Source of the DNA: Phoronis australis
Lineage: Eukaryota; Animalia; Phoronida
Reading direction: 5' to 3'
Length of the DNA: 64,000 bases
NCBI GenBank assembly: GCA_002633005.1
Contig: NMRA01000072.1
Location: 919,957 to 983,956 of the forward strand
This document shows positions 51,496 to 62,779 of this stretch, one piece after another (the stretch's first letter is position 1; each line of letters starts with the position of its first letter). Made by a program: the position numbers and the translations under genes. A model generated the notes under the pieces. It did no database searches. It saw only the letters and a program-made list of their open reading frames with translations, and was not told the DNA's origin.

Positions 51496-52814
51496 GGAGC
51501 TCAAATCGCCTATCGACTGCGAAATATTTACAGACTTTCACATAGATTAAAGAAATATTTCGATATGCATAGTACAAATATGGTGCCTTCGGAAACAACT
51601 GAGCATGCGTGCATATTTATTCCGTGTACAATAGGTGACGCTAGGTCTCGGAGTCAGTTCTGTGTTCTGATGATCTGTTATGTGGGCTTTTAAAATTTCG
51701 TTTCCACATTTTAAAATTGTTGTTTGGACAGTCATCATCAATGTCACATTCACATGTCGTCGTTCGGATCGAACCGTAGGCCTATGTGCACCGATACCTT
51801 CACTGAATAAATTTTGCTGAGTTTGACCGGCCGTTGAACATTAATTTTTTGGTCTTTTGACCGCGGTTCAGTATCTGTTTTTACTCTTTCGTTGCATCTG
51901 CTTTTGAAACATAAAAACAAGAAATGTAATTTTAGTTTCATGGCTGATAGTATCGGTTTCAATATCACGATTCCGTTGAAATCGAGTACTGCTGCCGGTA
52001 TCAAGCAGTCCGTGTTATTGGAAACGGATGGCCAACCGTTGCATTTTTACCTCGTATTTGTACCCGGATCAAACTAACGATGCGTTTCGATGTATAACAT
52101 ACAAAACGTTCCATTTAATTTGAATTTTAATTGTCTATTCCCCAAAATTGGACCTAGAACTGACGACGAATATAAATATTTTGCAGTAGATGTGCGACTG
52201 ATATGAAAACGAGTCGGAGATGGGCCGCAGCAAGGAATTAATTCAAGTATTTCCATTGTGATGATGATAGTAATAATAACAACAAGAATAATGATAACGA
52301 TATTAATGACTGTCTAGTCTTGTGTTTTTCAGTGAATGTCAACTGAACGTCAACCATTTTGTAACGGACAAAATCTAGTTTCACTCATGTCACAATTCCC
52401 AACACCGCGTTTGAGAACTTGAGTACACTCATAAAGCACATGTATCTGAAGTTTCCTTTGAATCTAATCAGCCGTTTCTGAGATATGATACTCCGCAGTC
52501 AGTCAAATTTGACCATTTTCATTGGGTCCTACATAACCAAACGTTTTCCTTAATCAGATGAGAAATTATTCACGAGTTTGCAAAGAACTAACTGTTCGAC
52601 AATGCTAACTCGGCATTGAAATAACAAGCAGTGACAAGCCAACTTGTACAGCCTCTGACCATAAGGCTAAGTTCTAGTTTTGTTTCCTAGGAACCAATTG
52701 GTTCCCAGTTCTGTCCAATCTCTCAAATTACGTTCACTTTCATAAAGAAAAATTTTGAGATCAATTTCCTAACAAGTGGTCTGAGAAAAGCTGTTGTGAT
52801 CGGAAGGCGTATTT

Positions 52815-53075
52815 CATGCGTGCACCCAGCAGTTATAGGGTGGCTCGAATTTTTCATTATGCTGACCTTTTTCTGAAAGAAATCCACGAAGACTAAAAAA
52901 AAAAAACGGGACCACTAGGTTCAGGCCCACGCACCGTGCATCGGCGACGACTTCCAGTGGATTTTGTGGACTTTTGTCTCGTTTACTCGGACTTTTTGTT
53001 TCACTGAGACGTATCTTTTTGCCTAATTCGCCGAATTGGGGGGCTCCTTGGAGTACCCCCACGGTTGCGCCCATG
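52815..53075. mobile_element. hAT-like MITE with perfect 5-bp TSD
   Basis: TATTT|CATGCGTGCACCC...GGTTGCGCCCATG|TATTT. Confidence 0.6.
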
Positions 53076-55707
53076 TATTTGTAGCGGCTTTAAGACCATT
53101 TTTGTAAAGTGCGTGCAGATTGGTTGCAAGGAGCTTTAAAATTTTCTGAGCGCACTACCAGTGCAAAATGCAAAGCGCGGTACTTGTGCTCGAAAATATG
53201 AAAATGGGGAAATGCAATGAGCAAAGCTTCTCAAGTGTCCGCAAACCACCATGACGATCAACAAAAGTGGAAAACAAACCGGAGATTTACGTCTTTTTAT
53301 TTCTCACCAGAAACGTCTAATAAACTACAACAACGAATCATTAACTGCCAACTACCAACAAACTCAAACACGACTATAAATACATACTTAAAAGCAAACA
53401 CGAGGCTAAAACCTAAATGCACTATTTTACTCTGAGCTGAATTCTTCAGTACTGGGAGTTATGGATTACTATGCACCACTCGGCTGCATGTGTAGATCAG
53501 ACTAGAACAGTTTGTGACAATATGCTTCGATCGTCACATCAAAATGCGCACAAAACACTTTCCGTTGAGTAAACATGACACTATCTAAATGAATAGGATT
53601 TCTGAGCGGAAGCTACATAACTAACCATATAATTCTGCCAATATAATAAAGCCTCAAAAGTCTAACACACAAAACCTCCTGGTGCTTTACAAAAACTGGC
53701 TACTTCATTTGGCAAACAAACCAATACTAAATACTGAAAAGTCAGGGACCTTCCTAAAGAAATATTAAAATCCCTTTGCACAGTTTTCACACAAACATTC
53801 AATCCACAACACGATACAGTAACGGATGGCCAGGCACTGGGACAAGAATGCAGAAACACCATTCTCAGAGGACTTTATCTTAGTATTTACCATCTCCATT
53901 GGAAGAAAACAATATAGCCTCAAATAGTTAGGTCTAGTAGTGGATTCAACAATATATTATGCCATTCGTTGCCCTGAAAAAATGACAGAACCCCCAATCT
54001 CCATTTTGTTAAGTTTGCGTGAATTCCGCAAGTATTTTTAGCATACTAAAGCGGGTAAAATGCTGTGGAATCGCTACTCACTGCTCTGGAATGGTAAGAC
54101 TTTGGTCTTTCTAAAAGGAGACAAAATTTTGCATCCAACAGACTACCAGTTTCAACTGTGATAAATCTCAAAACACTTAAAATTGAAATAAGATCAGAAA
54201 GAAATTCACACTGGAAACGAATGGCAGGTATCCAATAAATAATAAATCAAAAATGAAAGATTGACCATCATCATTATTTCATTTTCATTAAGTGTATTGT
54301 AGTTTTAAAGCTTTCTAGACATGAAATATAAATGGCACTGAACACATAAGACTGGTAGGTGGAGTATGTTAATCCCTGAATTATTTAAGAAAACTCTCCA
54401 TAACAAAATTCAAACACAATGTCTAAATTATAAAAACGGGTTGTTAAAATCATAATTGGCCAACAGAGTATATCAAATGCACACTTTATAAGAGCAACAC
54501 ACATGTTGACCTATTTTGGGTCAAAAACTAAGATAAAACATACATCTATGTCACTTCACAAGATAAAGGTGAGATAATTTATCAAACTGTCTTGTCTCCA
54601 GCCTCTCTACAGGCCTTCACAGCCTACTTGGCAACAGTAACAAAGATTAAATGTGATCATGTTGAAAGCTGCAATAAATCGGTATTCTGCCAAAATGACT
54701 TTTGATTTGGACCACTTACCTGTCCTACAACTTGTTTCTTGTTCAAAAGATAATTTCTGGGGCCTGTTTTGCAAGTTATGTATTTCTGTCCTTTGATTTC
54801 AGGTAGTAGACAGATTTTCTGACTTAGTCTAAGCCCCATTTTTTTTAACAGGATAATCCATCTGCAGACTGATTTTTTAGCCAAAAGACAATCTAGAGTC
54901 TTCAGAAACAGCTCCTTGGACTTGGTACAGGTAGTTCATTAGTACTCCACATCAGACACTAGGGTAAAAACTCTCTAATTTGGACCAGTCCCTAGAATTT
55001 GGTACATGGAAACTGTCACAAAAATTTTCTTCATTCTGGAATTCGAGACAAGGGTGATTTTGTTGTTCCATCATATTTCTCAAATTTTGGACAATGTGTT
55101 TCTAATCCACAGAATGGGTAATTTTGCCATATTTCTGGTGATTCTTGAAGTTGGGAAGGCCAATATTGCCCGTTTCTAGATTTTGGAACAAGCCCCAACC
55201 TTGAGCATTGAGCAAAATAATTAATTTTTCACTGTCCCAACTTGGAGAATTTTTATCCTATATGTCGGCTTAACCCCAGCAGGTCACACATTATAGGCCG
55301 AACATTTGTATTCACAAAATAACAATTCTTCCTCAATCCATAAATCACTTTCCATATGACTAAAGAACAAGTTAGCAAAAGTCGGTTCACGGCAGCTTTC
55401 ACATGTGACCAGCATAGCTCAGACTGTTAATGTATTGGTCACTAAAACGTCTTGTTGCTAACATAATTAAAATGCTGGCACTAAAATATTCAAATTTCCT
55501 CATTTAAGAAAAATAAAAAGTTTATTACATAAGACTAAATTAAAATTCACTGACTCAGACATGCCGATGGTGGATTCCCACTTCACACCAAACGAGTTCC
55601 ATGACACGATTGTGCTACTTTGCAATTCTTGCCTTACTCTGATGAAGCTTCTGGGCCCAGTTTGGCCTGATTTACGCGAGTTTTACTATATAACTAAATA
55701 AAAACAG

Positions 55708-58700
55708 CTAATTTTGATCAGATCCACTAGATGTCTGCACATGGCTAAGCATGTGCTCCTGCAGAACGGTCTTATCCATTGTTTCATAACCACACTGGCA
55801 GCAGCGAAATCTTACCGAGCTCTTTGTCTTCCTGCCATCACCATTTCCTTCTTCCCCAAGCTGTACATCACCATCTCTTAGACCCACCTCATAGTCAATG
55901 GCAGCATTAATGGCATTATTGGTCACATCATATTGGTAGTTAGCGTCGCCAGCATGCCGCCACATGTGTGACTTCAATGATGGCAAGTGATGGCATACGT
56001 ATCCACACAGCCCACACTTGTATTGCTCTAAAGGTTGCTGGACATAACGTTGATCATTGACATGACGCTTCATGTGTGACTTCAGGCTGCGATTGGAGAT
56101 GGCAGTGAAGTCGCAAAGCTTGCATTTGATTGGCCCGTCGTCGTGAGCACTTTGGTGCTGCTTTAGCTGACTGTGACTAAAACACACAAAATCGCATCGA
56201 TGACAACCAAACATCTCTTTGTTGCTCTTTTCATCACTTTTCGATTGTTCACTTGTAATGGACATTTCCATCTCGCGGGCACTGTGACACTCAGCCATGT
56301 GGAGTCGAAAGTCCGCCAGTTTCCCTGCCACAAAGTCGCACTCGTCACAGGCAAAACCCTCAGATGACACAACGGCTGCCTGAGCCATGTGAGCTACTCG
56401 CATGTGAGCTCTTAGTTGACTTTTATAGTTAAAGTTGGCCATACACGTCTTACACTGGTACGTGCGAGCCTTACAGTGCTGAATCATGTGATCCTGCAGA
56501 TCCTCGCTGGAGTCCGCCATAAAGTCACACAGGGAACACTCAAAAGGCTGTTTACTCTTGTGTACAGACATGTGCTGCTTCATAAGGGGTTGACTACAGT
56601 TACTGTAATGACACAGCTTGCAACGGAACATTCCTTCACCACCCTCCACTTTCTCAACGTTGGGATAATCCGACAGCCAGTCAGTACCTGGGTCAGCACC
56701 AAACACTACTCTAGCATGCTTACTTGACTGGCTGCTAGTGGAAGTTTGCTCGTCAAGATCGCTCTCGGATGTGGCTCTCTCTCGCAGCTGCTCAATGACT
56801 GCCAACAGGGAACTACAGATGCCACTTTTGGACTTACTTCCATCAGACGTGACACTGTCAGCCTTACCCGGAGAACTTTGTTGTATGCCTTTAATGGTTG
56901 TCTGCTCAACTAAGCCAGACAGTGCTTGGTCGTGCTTTCTTTTCTTGGGCAGTTCCAGCTTCAGCGCTCCAGGTATGGCTGTAGGACATGCTGGGTTAAA
57001 GTTTGGACCCTTTTTCAACAATGACAGTAAGGTCACAGCTTCTTCCTTCAGACTGTCATTTCCGCTGGTACCACAAGAGGGCAGTTCAGCTTCATGTTCC
57101 TGAGATACTTTTTCTAGTGCTGTTGCCTGCTCATTAGTACCACACTTAACCTTTGGAACATCCGCCTGATGCTGACTCAGCTCATTCACAGGTGGTTGAA
57201 TGGACTCAGTGCCGGCGTTAATCAGTTGGTTGCCATCGAGTTGCGGACCATGGGAGTCATTTGTTCGCGGACTGCTGTGGTTGCTATAGCTGTACACGAA
57301 CCGTGGTGTCACGTAAATGTCATTCAGTGCTTCCACAATCACATTCTTTGGTCCATCTTTGCAAAAACGTTTTGAGAAGGATTCGGCATCGTCACAAGAT
57401 CGCTTCTCACTTGTTGAACCCGTTGACGAAATGCTGGACTGAGACGGTGACTTTAAAATGCGACCTGGCAGAAATGCCGGCTGCCGGGGATTGAGCAGTA
57501 CACCTTTTGACTCTGTATAAGTATTACTACCAGTAGAAGTTGCTGGTTGCTCAGGCAAGCTTTGATCAAGGCTTTCAGATTCACTAGCTTTGGCTTTAGG
57601 TAGTAGAGAAGGGGAAAGTCCAGCATCATCGTCAGAATCGTACAAACTGATTGGCCCATTCTGAAACATCGGGTATTCTATTTTCTTATGTCCAGAGTGT
57701 TTCCAAATGTGAGACTTAATAGTTCTCTGGTGTTCACATGCATATCCACATATAAGGCAGCGAAACACTTGCTGGACTCCATCAAATACAAAGCTGGCGT
57801 TCTCAGCGTTCAACGGTTTGTTCACATTTTTTGGAAATCTTGGTTTGTGAGACAACATGTGTGTAATGAAACCAAAGGCTTCCTTACTGCAGAAGCTACA
57901 CTCTGCACATTTGTACACTGTAACCGAACCATCAGTTTTAAACATGGTAGGCAACTGTGGTGTAAAGGACGTACTACTTTCAGACGTCGTGGCAAGGTCT
58001 CGGCGTGGGGGAGATACAGTTGATTTATCTACTGAGCTCATGTCAGGCTGCTGTGGTACTTGTTCTGTGGTCTCCTTTGTTGACTTGTCAACATGAGACC
58101 ACATATGGTTACGAAGTATTTCCTGAGACTGTGTACAAAAACCACATTCGGAACACTTAAGCATGAGAACCTTAACATCAGCTTCTACTATTCTGCCACT
58201 AGATGGCTCATGTTGCTTCATGTGCTGCTTTAAAAGATTAACATGAATAGCTTTGAAGTCACACTGACTACACTGGTAAACTTTGGGATTCGAGTGTGTA
58301 TGCATGTGCATGATGATATTACTTTTGATTGTCGTTGTGTAGTCACAGACATCGCATGCATAAACATTCTGCGACGGGTGACTCTCTCGTAAGTGAGCGT
58401 ACAACAGCTTACGCTTAGGGAACTCTGTGTGACAAATGTTGCACACAAATGTCCGCATGTTTTGGTGGAGACGTATGTGACTAGTAAGATGCCCTTTCTT
58501 TCGAAACGACGCGCTGCAGATATCGCAAGAAAATGGTGACTCGCTGCTGTGAACAACCAAATGCTCCTTCAGTGCTTGACTTCGTTTCCCAGCGTAATCG
58601 CAGAATGGGCACTTAAATGGACGGTTTGATACATGGACAAGATCCACATGTTGCTTAAGGTAGTGTTTATTATGACTCTTGTAATCACACATAGAACACT

Positions 58701-59064
58701 CGTACGTCGTCTCAACAGCGTCGTTAAATTGTTTAACTCCACTGTCATCATTGACGCTCGGTACAATTAAAACAGGAACGAAAGTCATTTTACTACCAGC
58801 CGGAGGGTTCCCCGGAGAAGGGCTGGCCGTCTGACCACCACTCGAACGTGTTCCACTGTTGTCAGTACTGGCACCATTGTAACTTTGGTTCCTCGACTCA
58901 TTTGTATTCAAACAAGCAGTAGACACAAAACTGTCTGTATCTTGTGGCACAGCGTCACTGGGATTATTCTGCATGTAAACTCGGTCATTGTTGACAATTT
59001 GGCTTAGCTTATCAATCACCAAGCCCAAAACCTCTTTGCTGGATCTGCCTGTAGTGTCTGTCAT
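55708..59064 (-). CDS. ZNF507: Zinc finger protein 507 orthologue, 1118 aa, 17 C2H2 fingers, single coding exon
   Basis: Diagnostic blocks: FRCLICGYACEHQRTIKSHIWKHSG..YPMFQN, SLLAVIEQLRER, CKLCHYS...HMIQHCKARTYQCK..FNYKSQLR and CGYVCHHLPSLKSHMWRHAGDANYQYDVTNNAINAAI. A splice acceptor TTTTTCAG| at 59083 lies 19 nt upstream of the ATG. Confidence 0.9.
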   Translation of the reverse strand: MTDTTGRSSKEVLGLVIDKLSQIVNNDRVYMQNNPSDAVPQDTDSFVSTACLNTNESRNQSYNGASTDNSGTRSSGGQTASPSPGNPPAGSKMTFVPVLIVPSVNDDSGVKQFNDAVETTYECSMCDYKSHNKHYLKQHVDLVHVSNRPFKCPFCDYAGKRSQALKEHLVVHSSESPFSCDICSASFRKKGHLTSHIRLHQNMRTFVCNICHTEFPKRKLLYAHLRESHPSQNVYACDVCDYTTTIKSNIIMHMHTHSNPKVYQCSQCDFKAIHVNLLKQHMKQHEPSSGRIVEADVKVLMLKCSECGFCTQSQEILRNHMWSHVDKSTKETTEQVPQQPDMSSVDKSTVSPPRRDLATTSESSTSFTPQLPTMFKTDGSVTVYKCAECSFCSKEAFGFITHMLSHKPRFPKNVNKPLNAENASFVFDGVQQVFRCLICGYACEHQRTIKSHIWKHSGHKKIEYPMFQNGPISLYDSDDDAGLSPSLLPKAKASESESLDQSLPEQPATSTGSNTYTESKGVLLNPRQPAFLPGRILKSPSQSSISSTGSTSEKRSCDDAESFSKRFCKDGPKNVIVEALNDIYVTPRFVYSYSNHSSPRTNDSHGPQLDGNQLINAGTESIQPPVNELSQHQADVPKVKCGTNEQATALEKVSQEHEAELPSCGTSGNDSLKEEAVTLLSLLKKGPNFNPACPTAIPGALKLELPKKRKHDQALSGLVEQTTIKGIQQSSPGKADSVTSDGSKSKSGICSSLLAVIEQLRERATSESDLDEQTSTSSQSSKHARVVFGADPGTDWLSDYPNVEKVEGGEGMFRCKLCHYSNCSQPLMKQHMSVHKSKQPFECSLCDFMADSSEDLQDHMIQHCKARTYQCKTCMANFNYKSQLRAHMRVAHMAQAAVVSSEGFACDECDFVAGKLADFRLHMAECHSAREMEMSITSEQSKSDEKSNKEMFGCHRCDFVCFSHSQLKQHQSAHDDGPIKCKLCDFTAISNRSLKSHMKRHVNDQRYVQQPLEQYKCGLCGYVCHHLPSLKSHMWRHAGDANYQYDVTNNAINAAIDYEVGLRDGDVQLGEEGNGDGRKTKSSVRFRCCQCGYETMDKTVLQEHMLSHVQTSSGSDQN

Positions 59065-60969
59065 CGAGGACAGTATACAAAGCCTGAAAAAGGTTAAAAG
59101 TTAAAACAGTGGTTTGATTGATGTGTTATGACACAATTTGGGTTTATTGAAAACAAGATTTTTTTAAGGAAACATCACAAGTCTTAATGCATGCAAATTT
59201 CTTGTATGGAAATGGCAGATTTTAAAATTTTTAAGATAGTGAAGGCTCTCTCGTCAAGCCTATAATCTACGTACACTTCTTATACATGAAAATTATTGTT
59301 CATGAAACAGCTTTGGAGAACCTAACAGTAAAATGTTTAACTCTGAAAGTTATGGGAAAGAAAATTATAATCATTTTTGTATCACATAGTCTGCACGAGG
59401 CTATGCATAGAAATTCAAGAGTGATGCCATACACTGAAAAATGTGCTCAGTGTTCTTATTTACCAACAAATACCAGTATTCCACTGCATTTTTTCCATCA
59501 GAAAAACAGCACTACAACCACTTAGTTATAAAATTGGTCTCAAATTCTTTCTTAGTATAATTGTTAGTGATTTCAGGGATTTGAAAGAACTGATACTTTT
59601 GTTATTGCTGGAGACCAGGCTCTACAAGTTGGACTGGTCTCAAAGAATAACGAAGCATCGTTATTTGCAAACCGAGGAATCTTCTCATGAGTGTGGAACA
59701 AGTCGAGAACAACTGTATACCGGTAACTGGTTTAAATCATCAAATGTTCTCCTCTTTTAAGGTGCAGATTTATAACCCCTTTAAGCAGAACTGAACATTT
59801 TATCTCTGCCAGTAAAAATATTTCAAATAAACACAGAAAAATCAGGAACCCCACCTGTTCCTGATTTTTCTACAGTTGTTTATTTGATATAATTCACTAT
59901 TGGCCAACTCCAGCATCTATATATTTACTACAGTAAAAATATTTGATTACATAATGCACTGATTGAAGCTTACTATTGTACTGTTTACTATTGTACTTGT
60001 AACTATTGTACAGTTTACATGAGAGTAACAGACTTTGAGTAATTAATAAATGCATTTGAAATTCAAGGTTCTACAAAGACTGCTGGATGCAGAACGTCTA
60101 TTAGAATTTTAGAAATTGGCATTAAACATTATATGATGCAATTCAACCTCACTTGGTTCAGGGGAATCGTCAACCAGTAAGGTCTAAATAGTTTACTAAG
60201 TGGAAATGGCATCAATCTTCAATTGATTGTCTAGCATTGGCTAAAAGTTACAAAATTCCAGAACAGTTACATTTGTCTGCTGACTGTAAATTTTTAATCA
60301 AGTTAAAGGTGAATTGCTGCTATGGAACTCAACTTTCAGTTAGAAAATGAATCCAACAATGTTTAGAATTAAAAACACCAAGTCAAAAGTATTTAAAACT
60401 TATACGGAAAATATTTGTTTCCATGTCTATAAACAAATTTGTGATGTCATGACAAGTGACTGCCTCACTTTTCTGCACAGATCTGAGACACTCAAGACAA
60501 GTGACAGACTACTGTCACCCAACAGAAACACTGTGTTGTGATGGCAAGCTGACTTCTATTGTAGTTAAGACGAAATGTCTCGGTACTTAGACTGTTGGTC
60601 GGAGCCTGGGCCTCAGAAAAACAGATTGTTCTTGACTTCAAGTACTACTCATATGATTTCAACACTAATCACTGGTAATCGTTAAAAATAGAAGGGATTT
60701 TACAGAAAGAGAACTTGATCCTCAAATAAAAAACACCTGACTCCATGAATTAAAAGCAATTATGCCTTGACGAGTACCAGGCAATTCCCATTTATAAGAC
60801 CACGCTGTTTGATTGACATCACCATGAACGCGGGTTTTGACATTTGGCCTTCTCCATTTGTTAACAATTTACTGACTGATAACACCTTACTTAACAAACT
60901 AGAAACAACAAATTTATTTGTTGATACGTTTTCCCGATATTTTATTTAAAGAGACAAAAATCTACTCAC

Positions 60970-61050
60970 GGATTAACAAGTAAAATGAAGTAACAAATAC
61001 TTCAAATGACAAAACTACATTCTTCAGAGTACAACATGGCGCCGATTATA
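60970..61050 (-). other. ZNF507: Probable non-coding first exon of ZNF507
   Basis: Donor CC|GTGAGT at 60970/60969, next to a YY1-like GCCATGTTG and promoter E-boxes. It would splice to the acceptor at 59083. The 5' boundary is approximate. Confidence 0.5.
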
Positions 61051-61290
61051 GTCACGTGATTAGTTAGTACGATGGACTGTGTCATGTGACTTAATTCAAA
61101 TTCTGAATCTCTTATTTTTAAAGTTTTATAATCAAGTTGTAGCTTCATAAACTACTCATAATGATCATAAAATTCTCAATAAAAATATTTTATAAGCGTT
61201 TATGTTGTTTAATGGAAAGGAATTTGTCAAATTGTTGAAAATATTTAACATTCTTCAACAATTGTCTCGCGAGATCTCACGGAATCTCTC
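61030..61290. promoter_or_regulatory. Bidirectional promoter of ZNF507 and DAD1
   Basis: YY1-like CAACATGGCG (61032-61041), E-boxes GTCACGTGAT (61051) and GTCATGTGAC (61081), palindrome TCTCGCGAGA (61265-61274); the two genes are divergent. Confidence 0.65.
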
Positions 61291-61342
61291 TTCGAAGCAG
61301 ACATATTTGTTTCAGCCGGTGATTGCCACGTCTCGAAGCAAA

Positions 61343-61553
61343 ATGCCTGAAAGTTTGGGATCAGTGGTCTCCAAATTCTACAATGAGTACATGAATAGCA
61401 CCTCTAAAAAGCTTAAAATCATCGACGCTTACCTGGCTTACATTATGCTCACAGGCATCTTCCAGTTCATGTACTGTTGTTTAGTTGGGACATTTCCGTT
61501 CAACTCCTTTCTCAGCGGATTTATTTCTTGTGTGGGATCGTTTGTGTTGGCAG
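61343..61553 (+). CDS. DAD1: Oligosaccharyltransferase subunit DAD1/OST2, exon 1 (exon 2 not found in the window)
   Basis: [16 protein letters not shown]...[49 protein letters not shown]; 211 nt ending at the phase-1 donor CAG|GTAACT, the usual DAD1 intron position. Confidence 0.96.
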
Positions 61554-62779
61554 GTAACTAGCGAGAGAATGCTACCGTTCATTATTTGCACTATGTACTA
61601 TTTTCAAAGGAGTTTAGAGTGTCCAGCTCGTAGTCTGGTTCATGATTACTTTAATGCAGCGCAGGGATCCATTAGTTTTTGCGAGAGAAACTGTGAGCTA
61701 ATATCTCGCGTTACACCAGTGTCTGAGTCTTTACGCTTTTTCATCCGCTTACACAAACCTACGGGAGCTTATCTCAATCTTTTTAAAACATGCCTCTTGT
61801 TCAACCTGGATCCTTACTGTTAATAAAATTCTGACAGAAGTCACTGGAGATTCTCATTTTTTGCCACTGTATGATGACATGACGTGCTCTTTAGAAAGTT
61901 TAGTTATTAGCTAACCTGGTAATAAGCGGTGGCACATCCTTATACGCTTCATCATAGCTACAAATACCTTTTCAAGCATGAGGCAGTAGATGTGCTTTCA
62001 ACTCGAACAAATATTCTGGCAATCAAGATTTTGTTCGAACTATGTCCCTTCATTTGTCAATGAAATTTAGAACTGACCTCCATTACTTCCGTTGTACTTG
62101 AGCCGTCTTGAGGTCAAATGAAAATGTACAGAGGATTATGTGAATGTCGCCTGTCTCACCGTCTGCTAGACGGTGACCACCCGCTAGCTAGCCCCAGTAG
62201 AGACGGAGCTTCATACGCTGGAAGCTTTTCGATGAAGTATGCCTCACACTGATTAAAACATCAAAGTCAAGTTGTTATAAGTACCTTTTGCGCATAGAGG
62301 AACACTTTAGGAGGCCGCCAGTGTCTTTATGTCCTTCCAACTCGAACAAATGCTCCTGTAATCAAACTTTTTCTTAGAGTGGTCCTTCATTCAGTTGCAA
62401 CTGGCCATTTTTACACTGCGGCACTGCACACGCTCCTATTTTTGTCACGACCACAAGGAACGCGCGTAGTGTTCAAAATGGCCAGTTGCCGATTTGGGCA
62501 ACAGAACGAAGGACTGCTCGATGTGTGAAATTTCGAGGTTTATGTGAGGTTAACTCGCAGTGGTTCCTAGGTGTATTTTGACATTAGTCTTCATACATGT
62601 AGCTTACTGACTGGGAAATGTCGGAAAAAAGTTGCAAAAAGCTGTAGCATGCCCAAACATGCGAAAGTTTTTGCAACTCCGATATTTAAATGACATCTTA
62701 TCTTCCTTGTTTGTTACGGATCTTTAAAAGAAACACAATCTGAAGAACATCGTGTATTGAATCAAACTACTAAAGAAAT

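Noticed and set aside
41111-58766. Numerous overlapping ORFs antisense or out of frame to ZFP64 and ZNF507 exons
   Set aside because: Expected shadows of long real coding exons.
5800-61300. RAG/Transib-type recombination signal sequences or Ig-domain exons between the Sall-like gene and DAD1
   Set aside because: I looked because of the TCR-flank synteny. Isolated CACAGTG heptamers (e.g. approx. 22018, 43804, 47428) lack a properly spaced ACAAAAACC nonamer, and no Ig-like ORF was seen.
61202-61342. 47-aa N-terminal extension of DAD1 in the ORF track
   Set aside because: It crosses the promoter (AT-rich spacer, TCTCGCGAGA). The ATG at 61343 has a good context (AAAATGC) and gives the normal DAD1 length.
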